Part shown: positions 12,146 to 26,171 of the stretch, piece by piece
How the letters are laid out: each line of letters begins with the position of its first letter
How positions within the stretch are numbered: the first letter of the stretch is position 1
Source of the DNA: Octopus vulgaris
Taxonomy: Eukaryota
Length of the DNA: 64,000 nucleotides
Assembly: GCA_951406725.2 (NCBI GenBank)
Contig: OX597815.1
Span: 152,210,001 to 152,274,000 of the forward strand
Direction: 5' to 3'
Notes under the pieces: generated by a model
What the model was told of the DNA's origin: nothing
The model's input: the letters and a program-made list of their open reading frames with translations, nothing else
Databases searched by the model: none
Position numbers and translations under genes: made by a program

Positions 12146-12464
12146 GATTCAGTCAAAAGCTCACCTAATCACCAACATAGAATAGATTACAATAAGGGTG
12201 ATTATAATTTCAAATTCGAAGGAATCTGTTTGACAAAATGACTGCCCATTGAGAAATACAATGAAAAAATAGTCAATGAGTTAATTAAAATTGATTACAA
12301 TAAACCATGATAGTGTAATAAGAGTATTTATCAATTAAAACCTTGGTTTAGCTTACAAAAAAATTGGCAAAAATCATTTTAGGAAACATAGATCAGGTAA
12401 AAAAAAAACATGCTGAATATAAATAAATGAAATATATAAACTTATAAAATGTGTTATGGGACAG

Positions 12465-13010
12465 GAGAGATTGAGAGAAGAGTATATAGAGGAAGAGGGG
12501 AGAGAGAAGAAGGGGAGAGAAAGAGAGGGAGGGAGTGAAGTGAAGGAGAGAGAGGGAGAGGGAAGGAGGGAAGTGAAGGAGAGAGAGGGAGAGGCGAGGG
12601 GGAATGAGAAGGAATAGAGAGAAGGAGAGAGGGGGAGCGAGAAGAGAGAGAGAGAGAAGGCGGAGAGAGGAGAGGGCAAATGAGAAGGAGGGGAGAGAGG
12701 GGGGAATGTGAAGGAGGGGAGAGAAGGAGAGGGAGGGAGAGAGAAGGAGGGGAGAGAAGGCAGAGAGAGGAGAGGGGAATGAGAAGGGGAGAGATGGAGG
12801 GGTAGAGAGAAAGAAGGGAAAGAGAGGTAGAGGATAGGAGCAGAGTGGAAAGAGAGGGAGAGAGGGAGAGGGAAGAGAAGGAGAGGGGGAATGAGAAGGA
12901 GGGGAGAGAAGGAGGAGAGAGGAGAGGAGAGACAAGGAGGGGAGAGAAGGAGAGGGACAGAGAGAGAAAGCAGAGAGAGGAGAGAGGGAGAAAGAGAGAA
13001 ATGGTTGAAA
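12465..13010. repeat. Polypurine (GA-rich) low-complexity tract
   Basis: ~540 bp of almost exclusively G/A on the + strand. Confidence 0.9.
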
Positions 13011-13544
13011 GAACAGAGATACAGCGGTTAGATTAGATAGAGGGAATTAAATAAGGGAAATGGAAGAATTGAAGATGGAGGTGGAGGTGTGGTGATTAAA
13101 GTGATGGGGTAAACATTACAACACAGTTGTTAATTCTCCTATGTTACATATCATCATCATCATCATCATCATCGTTTAACGTCCGTTCTCCATGCTAGCA
13201 TGGGTTGGACGGTTCGACCTGGGATCTGGGAAGCCAGAAGGCTGCACCAGGCTCCAGTCTTATCTGGCAAATGTTTCTACAGCTGGATGCCCTTCCTAAC
13301 GCCAACCACTCCGTGAGTGTAGTGGGTGCTTTTTACATGCCACCTGCATATAATATAATATATACAAAATGGGGGCACAGGCACAATTGGCTGAATTCAA
13401 CAAACATAGTTTTAAATGAGAAATACAAAGATGGAGATGGCTTGGAACTAGGGCAATAAAGATACAATGTTTATTAATGAATTTAAAATTTCTAGAATCA
13501 ACAATGTAAAGATACAAAAGTATTATTATTCACCTTCAAAATAA

Positions 13545-15135
13545 GTCACCTTCAAAATAAGCGCAACTATGCCTCCCCTGGTCTTGATGGCGTTACATAC
13601 CTGCTTCTCAAACGTGGCAGGTACTTCCTTTTACACCAGCTTTCTATTTTTTTCCAGTACTGTCTCAACAATGGTGCTACTCCAGAGCAGTGGAAAACTG
13701 CCAGTGTCATTCCTCTGTTCAAAAAGGGCGACTGCACATCACCTGTCAACTATCGCCCAGTCAGTCTCACTAGCTGTATTGCAAAACTGATGGAATCGTG
13801 TGTCAGAGAAACACTTTGGAACTTCTGGAGCTCTCAGTCTCATCCGACCCTCACAATATGGATTTGTCCCTAACTCCAGCTACTGTGATCAGCTTGTCGA
13901 GTTCCTTGAGGACATTGCTCAGATCACTGACAGTGGCTCATGGGTGGATGTTGTCTACCTTGACTTTGCTAAGGCTTTTAATTCTGTGCCACACAAAAGG
14001 CTTATGGTGAAACTCTCTGCAATGGGTGTGGGGGATAATCTTTTTAACTGGTTGAAATCTTTCATTCTCAGCCGAAAGGAGGTAGTCACAGTTATAGGAC
14101 AGCATTCTACACCATATGAGATGTCATCGGATGTACCACAGGGATCTGTTCTTGGTCCCCTCTTGTTTGTGGCATACATTAATGACATAGATGCCAATTT
14201 AAAGAATGCCACAGTATTGAAATATGCAGATGACATCAAGCTGTACCTTGAAATCAAGAGGATAGATCCTGTTGTTTACAGCTCTTTCCTGCAATCAGAC
14301 CTGGACACAATGCAGCAATGGATCACAGACTGGCAACTGAAACTGGCTGTGGACAAGTGTACCACCATGCATTTTGGGAGAAAAAACCCTGCGTCCACAT
14401 ACTCCCTCCGCAACACTGATATCAAGAAATCCTCTTGCGAGCGTGACCTAGGCATCACTGTCAGGAGTGATTTGCGTTGGACAAAGCATATCTCTAAAAT
14501 TGTCAAGAAGGCCAAGGGTGTCTTGGCATCACTCAGCAAGACTTTTGTTAGCCACTCTCCAGCCATCTATTTAAAGCTGTATACAGCTATGGTACGATCA
14601 CACTTGGAATTCGCATCATCAGTTTGGAACCCCTGTCTTGCTCAAAACATTGACCTCCTGAAATCTGTTCAGAGACGTGCAACCAAATGCATACCCTCCA
14701 TCAGACACCTACCATACTCTGAGCACCTTGTTTCCCTGGGCATGGATTCACTGAAGCTTTGGCGTCTGGCGATGGACTTGGTAAACACCCACAAAGTTAT
14801 CAACCACCTCACCAACAACAACACTGAACACCTTTTTGATCTCCATGTTTCCAACACACATGGACATGCCTACAAAGTCAGAAAACCACACAGCTCCCAT
14901 GACTTTCGGAAACATTTTTTCATGCTCAGAGTTGCTGAAGCATGGAACAAACTGCCTGCGTCAGTTGTTGACTGCCATGACAATGCATCCTTTAAGGCCT
15001 TCATGCTTTCCAAAATCCGCCAAAACTACACCTGATTGCCCCCCTTCCATACTCATACACATATGTGTATGTCATGACTCATGCACTGTTCTTTTCCTGA
15101 TGCTTGTACATTACCCTATGTACTATACATACACT
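13545..15135 (+). mobile_element. 5'-truncated CR1-clade LINE (RT domain, frameshifted)
   Basis: NYRPVSLTSC, VDVVYLDFAKAF..VPHKRL, VPQGSVLGPLLF, KYADD, ERDLGI, VRSHLEFASSVW, FFMLRVAEAWNKLP. Confidence 0.9.
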
Positions 15136-15174
15136 TTAGATGAGTTGTAGTGCACCTGAGCACTGTACACAATG

Positions 15175-15204
<30 letters not shown>

Positions 15205-15205
<1 letters not shown>

Positions 15206-15756
15206 GAGTGTGAGAACAGTGCATGCCATCAAAGTGACACTGGGGTAAAATATTCAAAGCCCAGTATACCCATCATGACAACCCATCTGATAAGGGTATA
15301 CCAGGCACATGCTTCACAACCATATGTGAACGACATGGCGATCTCATATCAAGATAAACAGCACATGACCTTGCTGGTGGGGTCCTGTTAGAATTTTCTT
15401 CTGGTCGAGTAACCCATCCCGCTCAAAAGTCCCTGAATAAGAGTTGTTTAAGGATGTTGAATGAACTACCCATGTTTCCAGAGGTGAATTATTCAAACCC
15501 TAAAGAATCCCTCTCAACACATGGCTATGATGCTCCCCCACTACTTCTCCTTGTGGTCAGAGATGCACATATCATCAGCCACTAAGGGACATGCTCAAAG
15601 GTCAAACAAATGACAAACAAATCTGTGGTATTGAGCAGAATATTTGCTGTAACCCAAGACAAAACAATGTACATTATAACACTTCCAACCAGTTAAGATA
15701 AGAAGCCATGAGAGCCACTGCCTGGTACTGCATCAGGCATTATTATTATTATTATG

Positions 15757-15795
<39 letters not shown>

Positions 15796-16340
15796 GAGTG
15801 AGCGAGCAGTGCATGCCATCAAAGTGACATTGGGGTAAAATACACGAAGCCCAGTATACCCATCATGACTACCCGTCTGATAAGGGTACACCAGGCACAT
15901 GCATCACAACCATATGTGCGCGACATAGTGATCACATATCAAGATAAACTGCACATGACCTTGCAGGTGGGGCCCAGTTAGAATTTTCTTCTGGTCGAGT
16001 AGCCCATCCCGCTCAAAAGGTCCCTGAATAAGGATTGTTTAAGGATGTTGAACGAACCACCCATGTTTCCAAAGGTGAATTATCCAAACCTCTAAGAATT
16101 CCATTCAACACACAGCTATGATGTTCCCCTACTACTTCTGCTCGTGATCAGAGATGCACATATCGTCAGCCACTAAGGAACTTGGTCAACTGGTTAACGT
16201 CAAACAACTAACAAGCAAGTCTGTGGTATTGAGCAGAATATTTGCTGTAGCCCATCTTTTATACCAAGACAAAATAATGTACATGATAACACTTCCAATC
16301 AGTTAAGATCAGAAGCCATGAGAGCCACTGCCTGGTATTA
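15205..16340. mobile_element. Two tandem copies of a ~540-bp non-coding interspersed element flanked by (ATT)n
   Basis: 15205-15740 and 15795-16340 are highly similar; further copies at 18533-18945 and 49163-49700, each starting right after an (ATT)n run. Confidence 0.8.
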
Positions 16341-16949
16341 TCAAGGTGACAACCTGACAGAATCATTAGCATGCCAGGCAAAATGCTTAATGGCATTTTG
16401 TCCATCTTCACATTCTGAATCCAAATTCTGCCTAGGTTGACTCTGTCTTTCACCTTTCAGGAACAATAAAATAGGTAGCAGTTGAGCCCTGGGGTCAATA
16501 TAATCAACATATCCTTCTCCTGAAATACTAGCATTGTGCCAAAATTTGAAATATTTATTATTATTATTATTATTGTCGGCGGTGGTGATGTCTTCATCAT
16601 CATCATTATTATTCTGGCACCCAGAATGCTGTCAGACACTCACAACCCTCTACCAGTTGGGCAATGGGATTGGTGCATATTCCGCAATTCATAGATGATT
16701 AGTGGTAGGGAAGTGTGATGACATTCTCGGGGATGCTCTGGGCCTTGATGAAAACCAACTGGCTAGTCTGTGCTGGAGGATTTTCCAGTTGGGAACCATC
16801 ATGAATAATTCCCAGTGTCCTTGACCTGGTGGTGCTACTGGTTCGAGATGAACTTGTTCAGTGTCCAGCTGTTGCTGACTTGTGAGGTTATATTGAACAG
16901 CTGCTATAACATGTAGAATGGATCCATCTATCAGCTGAGTGATGATTAC

Positions 16950-17455
16950 CCTGTTGCCCTCCTTTAATCAGACAGGCAAGGCAGTTTTCCTTTGCCCAGT
17001 GACTGTGGCAAAAGAGGTTTTCTAGTGGACAAGGTTGAAAGGCATGAAGACAAATACATTCCTCTTTGGTATGGCCTCATCGACTTGTGGCCAAATCTTG
17101 GTCTTGCACTGCCAATATAATGCTCTCAGTCTTTTTTTTCAGTGTCCCTTTCTTCAGCCAATCCCACCTGTATTTTCCAGCAACTTCAGTTGTGGCTATA
17201 TAGAGTTGATTGTGTAGTCCCTTGCTGTGTAATGCTTCTTCGTGTCCTGTTTGTACTCCTTCCATTGTTTCTCCTTTTTTTTCTTACTTTGGGACAGGTA
17301 TCTCAATAAGCTCCCATGCGTGATATGTACGCAGTCCTCCACACTTATCAATTCTGTTTTCCCATTCGCTCCCTTCATATATAGGTGATCAGTGGTAGGC
17401 ACCATGCATCATTAAGAGCTTTCTTGTCAACCTATCCAACTCCTTTTGCTCATCC

Positions 17456-17488
<33 letters not shown>

Positions 17489-18480
17489 GATTATTATCAT
17501 TACCATCATCATCATCATCATCATTATTGTTTTACTTCTCAGAATGTTTGGTCTTGTTTTTTTCTGGTAGATTCTGTCAGAGCAGGCAGCAGTCTGCTGT
17601 TAGAGATCTCACAGAGTCTCTTTCCATGCATTATAAGTTTTGATACTTGGTTGTTGATTACCAGGGAACACATTCAGCATCCAAGTACCAATCTCAAAAT
17701 CCTAGCTTTCCCCCAGCAGAGCAGTGTTTTGGGTTTGCTCTGCTCTCATGTCACTTCCAATTTCTCTGACATATTTCTTGAACTTGGTTGTTAGTGCTTT
17801 GAGTGACCCTACAACAACTGAAAAGTGAGACACTCTCCTCATAGTCTCCACTTTCTTGCAATTTCATCTTCTGGTAGTCAGTACTTTTCAAGTTTTTCTA
17901 GTTCTTTGTCACTTATGCTTTAATTTCCAGGTATTGCAATATCTATGATCTTGGTTTCCTTTTTTCCTTTATCTACCACAACAATATCTGGTCTCTGAGC
18001 CTTGATTAGGGACTCACATTGGATTGTAAAATCCTACAGTGTCTTATGTTCTTTGTTCTCCGTGCCACTTTCTGGTTCATGTTCATACCATTCCTGTGTT
18101 CTGTTCAAGCCGTACTTTTCACATAGCCTCCAGTGGATGAACTCAGCCATGTTATTGTGCCTCCTTTTGAAGTGTTTTTAGGCCAGCTTGCTACTCTCAC
18201 TCACAATATATCAGATTGTTTCGTTTCTCCTGTAACACATCCTACAAAGGTGTGATTCACTACTCTTATCTATTTGGAACTTTGTGTAGTTAGTTCTCAG
18301 AGCTTGTTCCTGTGCACTGCATATCAATGCCTCAGTGCATCCTTTCAGATAACTTTTTCTTAGCCATCTCCAAGTGTTGATCTTGTCTTCTCTTTCAATT
18401 TCTCTGAGGTATTGCCCTTGCAGTGGTTTCATTTTCCAGTTGTTTATTCTTTCTTCTTCATCTTTTTTCTTAAATCTTTG
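16950..18480 (-). mobile_element. Dong/R4-clade LINE fragments (CCHC + restriction-like endonuclease region)
   Basis: WKMKPLQGQY...WLRKSYLKGCTEALICSAQEQALRT...CRMC...ETI.HI and WLKKGTLKKKTESIILAVQDQ; embedded in (AAT)/(CAT) repeats. Confidence 0.8.
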
Positions 18481-19277
18481 TGGGTGGAGTATTATTTTCG
18501 TCATCATCATCATCATCATCATCATTATTATTATTGAGTGAGAGAGCAGGTAAAATATACGAAGCCCAGTAATACCCATCATGACTACCCATCAGATAAG
18601 AGTATACCAAGCACATACATCACAACCATATGTGTCCATCATGGTGATTCCATATCAAGATAACAGCACATGACCTTGCTGGTGGGGCCCAGTTAGAATT
18701 TTCTTCAAATTGAGTAGCCCATCACACTCAAAAGGTCCCTGAATAAGGGTGTTGAAACACCTAAGATTCCAGAGGTGAATTATTCAAACCCCAAATAATT
18801 CCTCTCAAAATATGGCTATGATGTTACCCCACTACTTCTGCTTGTGATCAAAGATGCACATATTATCAGCAACTTAGGGACATATTCAAATGGTTAAGGT
18901 CAAACAACTGACAAGAAAATCTGTGGTATTGAGCAGAATATTATTATTATTATTTAAAACAGTTTGATTCGGTCCCACGCAACTAAATGTTTTGTAAGTG
19001 TCTTACAGAAACGTAACTCATTAGACTCTGTTAATCGCATGGGGGAATACAAGAATTTTGAGATGGGTACTGGAAAATAGGCTGCCATTGATCAAGATGG
19101 GTCACATAGTGTTGTCAGAAGTGAGATCAACATTTTGGTAACATCAGATGCCAGTGACATGTAAAAAACACCCACTACACTCTTGGATTGTTTGACATAA
19201 GGGAGAAACCAAGTCAAAATCAGGCTGGAGCCTGGTGCAACGCTCCGGCTTACCAGTTCCAATTAAACTGTCTAACC

Positions 19278-19610
19278 CAGAGTTTCTCAACCATTTTTAA
19301 TCTTTGGACCCCTTTTAAATACTATTTTAGTCTGGTGGACCCCATAATCCTTAAATGTTTTAAAACTAGTTTTATAGAAACTTTATTCAAAATTCCTATT
19401 TTGTTTTTCACACATTCCCATCTGTAGGTTGAACTATGTAAAATGTTAGAGAAAGAATCCTGGCTGTTTCTTGAAATACCTACCAGTACATATAACTAGA
19501 GCAAAATTTTTTCAGGGGCCCTTAAAATACTATTGTGGATCCTCAATTTACTATTTTGTTGCGTCATGCTCCATAAAATTCTTACATATGGACCCCTTGG
19601 AGAACCACTG
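19278..19610. mobile_element. hAT-type MITE with 8-bp TSD, inserted in an RTE tail
   Basis: Ends CAGAGTTTCTC...GAGAACCACTG; perfect 8-bp direct repeat GTCTAACC at 19270-19277 and 19611-19618. Confidence 0.85.
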
Positions 19611-20829
19611 GTCTAACCTATGCCAGCATGGAAAACGGACGCTAAATGATGATGATGATGTCTGCAACATGTAGACCTCAGTATTATTGAAATCAGAGGA
19701 TTATATCAATTTTTTTTATAATTTTCATATATTTTATGTATATATTTAAAAAAATATTTTAAAAATCTTATTTAGAATTTCAATGTTAATATTCCAATGT
19801 TTGTAATGTTTGATTTTTAATCTTTCAATATTTAAAAATATTTAATTTTTTAAATTATAAATTTTTCGTGTATGATTTTTAACTTTGCCATTATATTCTT
19901 TTGTTCGAAAGTTTTTATTTTTAATCTAAGGCTTTACTTTTCAATTTTATAATTCTTAAATTTTTATCTTAACTTGACAACCTTTACGCGTATATGACAA
20001 ATTTTTAACAATAATCTCATAATTAAGTCTAGCCGAGTTGTTCCCCCTGAATAGATAATCGCTTTGGTTACCTATTTGGATAATATTAGCAGCTTTCTTC
20101 TCTCACTATCGTTGATGAACGGTGACACATCCGTTGATTACCCATTAGAAATCGGTCCATATCCGTGGCTGCTGAGTTCTCTATGTTTGTATTTAATATT
20201 GGTTTCAAATATTGGTTTCAGCAGAGTAGGTAAATCGATTACATCAACTTTAGTACTCGACTGCTACTTATTTTATCGATACCGAAACGATTAAAGGCAA
20301 AATCGACCTCGACAGAATTTGAACTCAGAACATAAAGACGGATGAAATATCGCTAAATATCTTGTCCGGCGTGCTAATGATTGTGCCAGCTCGTTGCTTT
20401 ATGTATTTTTGAGTTCAAATTCCGCCGAGGTTGACTTCACCTGTCATCTTTTCGGGGTCGATAAAATAAGTACCAGTTGAGCACTGGGATCGATGTCATC
20501 GGACTATTCTCTCCCCCGATATTGATAGCCTACTGCCAAAATTTGAAATCAATATTACATATGTATGGAGGTGGCGAGCTAGCAGATTCGTTAGCATGCC
20601 GGGCGAAATGCTTAGCGGCATTTCGCCCGGCATTGCGTTCAGAGATTTGGTTCTGCCGGCATCGACTTTGCCTTTCATCGTTTTGAGGTCGATGAAACAA
20701 GTATCAGTTAAACATGGGTCGATGTAATCGACTTTCACCCTCCCCCGAAATTGCTGGCCTTGTGCCAAAATTTGAAATCAATACACCGTGTGGGTGTGTG
20801 TTAACATTATTGTAATAAAGTGTTTCCCT

Positions 20830-23800
20830 GAAGAACCGTTGTATATTTTCATCCAAATCCATTGAGATCAAGGTTGACCCGCTTAGACCTGTCCTGTTTG
20901 CTCTAATTATTAATGATATTACCTTGATGGACGTTGACCTAAACTTGAATATATAGTATCTTCATGATGCTTGCTTGTGGGTGGTGGTGTGCTTCTGACA
21001 AGGTCTTTGCAACTGCCAAGACGATGATTGAGTAACTTGATCGTAGAGGCCTTAGCGCTAACAGTCCTAAATGCGAGCTGGCTCCTCGTCCATCCAGCTC
21101 CACATCAGCAGACTGTAAACCTGTTTACAGACTCCTCCTCCTCTATCACAGTTCCTCCTTCATCGGCGTGGTGCCCTCTTGGAGCCCCAATTACTGACAG
21201 AGCTTTCGATCCAAGATGGTTAACCATCTTGAGCAACTTTTTAAAAACCTTGAAATAACTGAGCTCCACCGAGGTTTTCTGGTACTTATGAATTACTTGT
21301 CAATTCCTAAGTTATTGCAGGCAACGCTGTTTGAAACAGGTTCGTAGCCCGCAAAATATTCGTTGGGAATCAACTACAGTTATCTCCCCTGTCGAATGTT
21401 CCAAGCATTCCAAGCAAGCAGTGGTTAGCTCCTCCTTTGCTAGCATGCAAGGCGTAACTGTTAGAGTACTCACAGGAGGGCGTTCGAAGCTATATGGCCT
21501 GCTTCAAAGCGATTTCCAATCGAAGTTAACATCAGTCAGTCAGTCAGACAGACAGACAGAGCAAGGCATACGGATTCGTTATTCTTTCCTTTGCTAACTC
21601 GCTTTGGTATTCTACGCCTACTGGTTGTCTGAAAGTAATTTTTGTAGTTTGAATTCCTCCTATGTTTTCACTGTCATCGTGGAACATGACAAGATGTTCA
21701 GAACCTGTTACTGCAATCCCAGATTACTTGATTGAACATTTTATACTCAGAGTATCAATTCGTTTGTTACGCATCTGCATAAAACCTTGGATACGAAATT
21801 GTTCACACACTGACACAAGTGTTTGTTTTTACTTACTGCAACAGAGGTATAATTACAGCCATTGGATTAATGACTCTGTCTAGTCATTATGGTGTTAATA
21901 TCTTCATTAGCGACTTCCCTCGTTAAAGAATTTTTCCAGAGTGGTCCCTCTTATGGATTCTCATCGTTTCTCCAGTGCTTGGACGACCGAATCTTCAGGA
22001 AGCTCGAATGCTTGGTCAAAGTCAAACTCTTTTCAGAGTCCCGCGACCAAACTGCTTTGCCCAAATGGTTTGGAGGTCTAAGTCTGCACAAGTGCTCGTC
22101 TCTGTCTTTTCCCTATTTTCTTTCCTCCATCCACACTTGCTCCGCTTGGGTAGGCAACATCTTCTCCCCTCTGTAGCAATATTGTTTTTTTCATTGCTAT
22201 CTTCACTGTTTCAGAAAAATATTAAGAATGATCTCGTTTGAGATTACAAACATCTTTGGCTAGTTTAACGTTGTTGTGTCCACTATTTTGATTGGTTAGC
22301 ATCTAAGCGCGGTCTGTCTCTCTACTTACTTCGCGCCAGTGTGTAAACTGACCAATCACGGCTTTCGGATAGGACTTTTTATTTGAGCCATCTTAACTCT
22401 TTAAATAGGCTGATATATCACGATTCACTGTCTTTTGGCTTAAGACATTTTAAGGTCTTAGTCGGAGACCACACAGAGCATACTCAACCGTGTCCCAGTT
22501 CGAAAGGCAGACGACAACCAAGCAAAACATAATATGAAGACGCTATAGTAAACCAAGCGACAGACATAACGTCATCACCAACATTGTCTCTGTCTACGAA
22601 GATTTAACTTGTACACAAGATAACTACAGATTCAACTCATGCTGTTTGTGTGAAAATCTCACCACGGCAAAACAGTTGCGGTATATATATCTGAAAGAAT
22701 ATCTATATCAAGAGAAAAATAAGCACAACAAGTGACTCTACTAAACCTCTGACCACAGAGCTACTCAACATGTTCCAGTCACAGCGACAGACGATCACAC
22801 ACGACGGCGCTAATGTACACTCACCACAGAAAGCCTTCTATCTCCGCCGCCGTCATCACCATCATTGTACCAACTTCAAGTCGCCATCACCATCGTCCAC
22901 TTCAGACATGTACACACCAACTTCACAGAACCACGCTGTTAGAGTGAATCCCTTCACCAAGTAGAAACAGTCCATCTGAAGAATTCTATATTAAGAGAAC
23001 CCGCTCGCCGATTGAGACCACGACCGCGGCTCGACAATAATTCGCCCAACCGGCCTCCGCCCGAGACACAACATCTTGATATTGAACTCTTACACATCGT
23101 GTACCTTATGAACTGTAAACCAATTTCCATCATTAACTCTATGCTCAGTACCTACTATGTCACACGCATTCACCCTTATTGTAGCTGGCACACACACGAA
23201 CACACAGACACAAACACGTGTTGCATGCACACACATACACACACTTGCTAGCACTCACAACCTTCTAACATTAACACCATTGTAAATAAAATCTATCTTC
23301 TCTCAAACAGTGGAACGGCTTGTCATCAATTCATCGATATTATGTTGGCACTGCATTGTATAAATTGTATTTATGGCATATCTTATTTCGTTAGGGATGC
23401 GACCGTGTGACTTACCTACGTCACCAACCTCCACATACGGTCGTATTTCCTACACCTCTAACAGAGTTCCAACAGAGAAATGATGAAGCTCTGTTACAGT
23501 GGAGAGAGCTGGGTTTGTCAGTTCCTGTTATAGTGGAGGATAGATAGAAGCAGAGAATATGGGACAATCGGGTACTACTTTCAACTTTCTCTTCAATCAA
23601 TCTGACCAATTTTCAAGGTGTTGCCTACTTTCTGCTAGTGCAAAATTCTCAGGGGACTGGACTGATGCTCTGCCTGTGGCCAATATTGGTGGTCTACTCA
23701 GTCAAAATGAGCTCTGCATCTCCATCGCACTCAGAGTTGGAACCAGCATCTGTGGGAAATTGAAATGTCACTTTGGTAGGCCCCTCAACTCCACAGGTCA

Positions 23801-24290
23801 TCATGGTCTGTCTTGCCACCTAAATGCTGGTTGATTCACTCATCACACCGAGCTAAACTTAATCGTTAAGCGGGCTCAGGCTTGGGTTAGTAGCCCCTCA
23901 GTTCTAGAACCGGCGGAATTATGCAGAAGTGATAGCAAGAGTTGGTTTTACCCTCTGTCCCTGGATAAGCGGTTGGTGCATCATCTGGGATGCCATAGTC
24001 TGTGAATTCTTTGTTCCCTCCCACATACTGGATGTAACTGAACGGAATAAAATCCTAAAGTATTGGGACCTTTCAGTGAACTATCTCTTCCAGCCTGTGG
24101 TGTTTGAGATATTTGGAGGGACTAGGCCGCTAATTGTGAAATTTTTGCCATCATTAGCAACTCACCTTACCTAGGTGTTAGGTGATGTTCGGGAGGGTAC
24201 TTGGCTGTTCCAATGTTTTAGCCTCGCCATTGCCCATGGTAATGCCGTGAGCATGTTTGCTTGCTCCAGTAAGTTCCATCCAATCTTGTG
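20830..24290 (+). mobile_element. Decayed, interrupted CRE-clade non-LTR retrotransposon
   Basis: RT motif QG.DPL.PVLFALII...YLHD (~20870-20970); QTALP..FGGL...FLSS (22045-22130); SGDW..ALP, IALRVG, GHHGLSC...HTELN and PWISG..IIWDA (23630-24000). Confidence 0.7.
22272..23310 (+). mobile_element. LTR-like insertion within the CRE element
   Basis: Begins TGTTG, has CCAAT/TATA-like motifs, an internal ~285-bp direct duplication, and AATAAA ~20 nt before ...AAACA; no convincing TSD. Confidence 0.35.
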
Positions 24291-24500
24291 ATGTGCAAAC
24301 AAGTGAGGCACTTGATGTTGCATTGATGGTTTTTTTACCTATTTTTTCTCTTTGTTTTCCTTTTTTCTCTTTCTTTTTCTTTCCTTATTCCGCTTTTTCC
24401 ATTTTTATTTTTGGCTATTGGATAAACAGATCTGTATACACCAACATTATACATATGTTACACGTAACTGATTTTAATATTTTATATTTATTAATAAATA

Positions 24501-25302
24501 CTCTTTTCTACTCTAGGCACAAGACCCGAAATTTTGGGGGAGGGTGCCAATCGATTAGATCAACCCCAGTACGCAAATGGTACTTAATTTATCGACCCCG
24601 AAAGGATGAAAGGCAAAGTCGACCTCGGCGGAATTTGAACTCAGAACGTAAAGACAGACGAAATACCTATTTCTTTATTACCCACAAGGGGCTAAACATA
24701 GAGTGGACAAACAAGGACAGACATAGGTATTAAGTCGATTACATTGACCCCAGTGTGTAACTAGTACTTAATTTATCGACCCCGAAAAGATGAAAAGCAA
24801 AGTCGACCTTGGCGGAATTTGAACTCAGAACGTAAATACAGACGAAATATAACTGAGCATTTCGCCCGTGTGCTAACGTTTCTACCAGCTACCCGCCTTA
24901 TTTATTCTTTTCTACTCTAGGCACAAGGCCCGAAACTTTTTGGTGGGGGAGAGAGTCGATTATATCGACTTCAGTACGCAAGTGGCACCTAATTTATCGA
25001 CCTCGAAAGGATGAAAGGCGAAGTCGACCTCGGCAGAATTTGCACTCAGAACGTAACGGCAGACGAAATACCTATTTCTTTACTATCCACAAGGGGCTAA
25101 GCACAGAGGGGACAAACAAGAAAAGACAAACGGATTAAGTCGATTACATCGACCCCAGTGCGTAACTGCTACTTAATTTATCGACCCCGAAAGGATGAAA
25201 GGCAAAGTTGACTCGGCGGAATTTGAACTCAGAACGCAGCGGCAGACGAAATGCCCTTAAGCAGTTCGCCCGGCGTGCTAACATTTCTGCCAGCTCGCTG
25301 CC
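24501..25302 (-). mobile_element. Tandem multimeric SINE block with 14-bp TSD
   Basis: Four repeats of the SINE body; TTTATTAATAAATA at 24487-24500 and again from 25303. Confidence 0.8.
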
Positions 25303-25416
25303 TTTATTAATAAATATTGAGATACAAACATTATTTATTAATAAATATTGAGATGCAAATAGGTATAATGGGGAACTATTGGTATAAACTGTGCGTTGTG
25401 TTTATCTTGTTTTCAT

Positions 25417-25452
<36 letters not shown>

Positions 25453-25774
25453 CTGCAGTAATTGCAATGGAGTGGTCTTGTTGTAGGCATTGAGAACAAT
25501 GATTTCCGTTGATAGTAATCTGTCATACAATATTTATTGCTACTACGTAAACAGGTATTATTGTTCACCTAGTTGACTTTCCGTGCGTTTATATATCTCG
25601 TGTTGTATTTCGCTTGGTATGTCAGAAATGTATTTATACCTCAGTCTGTGAGAAATAATTGTTCAAGTTTAAAGAAAATTTTAATGTCCTTTGTGCAACA
25701 CCCAGGCGGGATTTATGTATTTCATAGTGTACGATTATACTGTAGCAACTGCTGCTTATTTCCCTTGATAATCA

Positions 25775-26171
25775 CGAGGGTGAGTCTAAAAGTAATGCCA
25801 TTTTGTTTAGGACAGGTATAATTAACAACACTGGAACGTGTATCATACATCAAAACGAAGCTGGTCCCCTGGAATAATGTTTGCCTCTCAAACCCTCTTT
25901 CATGGGGCCAAAGAGATGATAGTCCAGTGACGAGGAAGTGAAAACTGTAGTGAAGAAGTGGCTCAAAGAACAGTCAGCAGAATTTTATGGGGCAGGGATA
26001 CATGCTCTCATTCGAAGGTGGAAATTGCTATTGTGAGAAACGCTGACTATGTTGAGAAGTAGAGATGTGATCCACAGAGGACCAAATTCATTTTGATATA
26101 TGATACATATTCCAGTGTTGGTAATTATACCTGTCCTAAACAAAATGGTATTACTTTTTGACTCACCCTTG
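25775..26171 (+). mobile_element. Mariner-derived MITE (internally deleted)
   Basis: ~50-bp TIRs CGAGGGTGAGTCTAAAAGTAATGCCATTTTGTTTAGGACAGG / CCTGTCCTAAACAAAATGGTATTACTTTTTGACTCACCCTTG; internal transposase C-terminus DEEVKTVVKKWLKEQSAEFY..GIHALIRRW..NADYVEK. Confidence 0.85.

Noticed and set aside
12351-12430. cttac motif as another LRR exon donor in the 18-kb intron
   Set aside because: The upstream 72 nt has no LRR consensus or acceptor. No further LRR cassettes were recognised between 10218 and 28206, though diverged ones could be missed by eye.
12374-13036. Ser/Leu/Pro-rich and Glu/Arg-rich ORFs
   Set aside because: Polypurine low-complexity tract.
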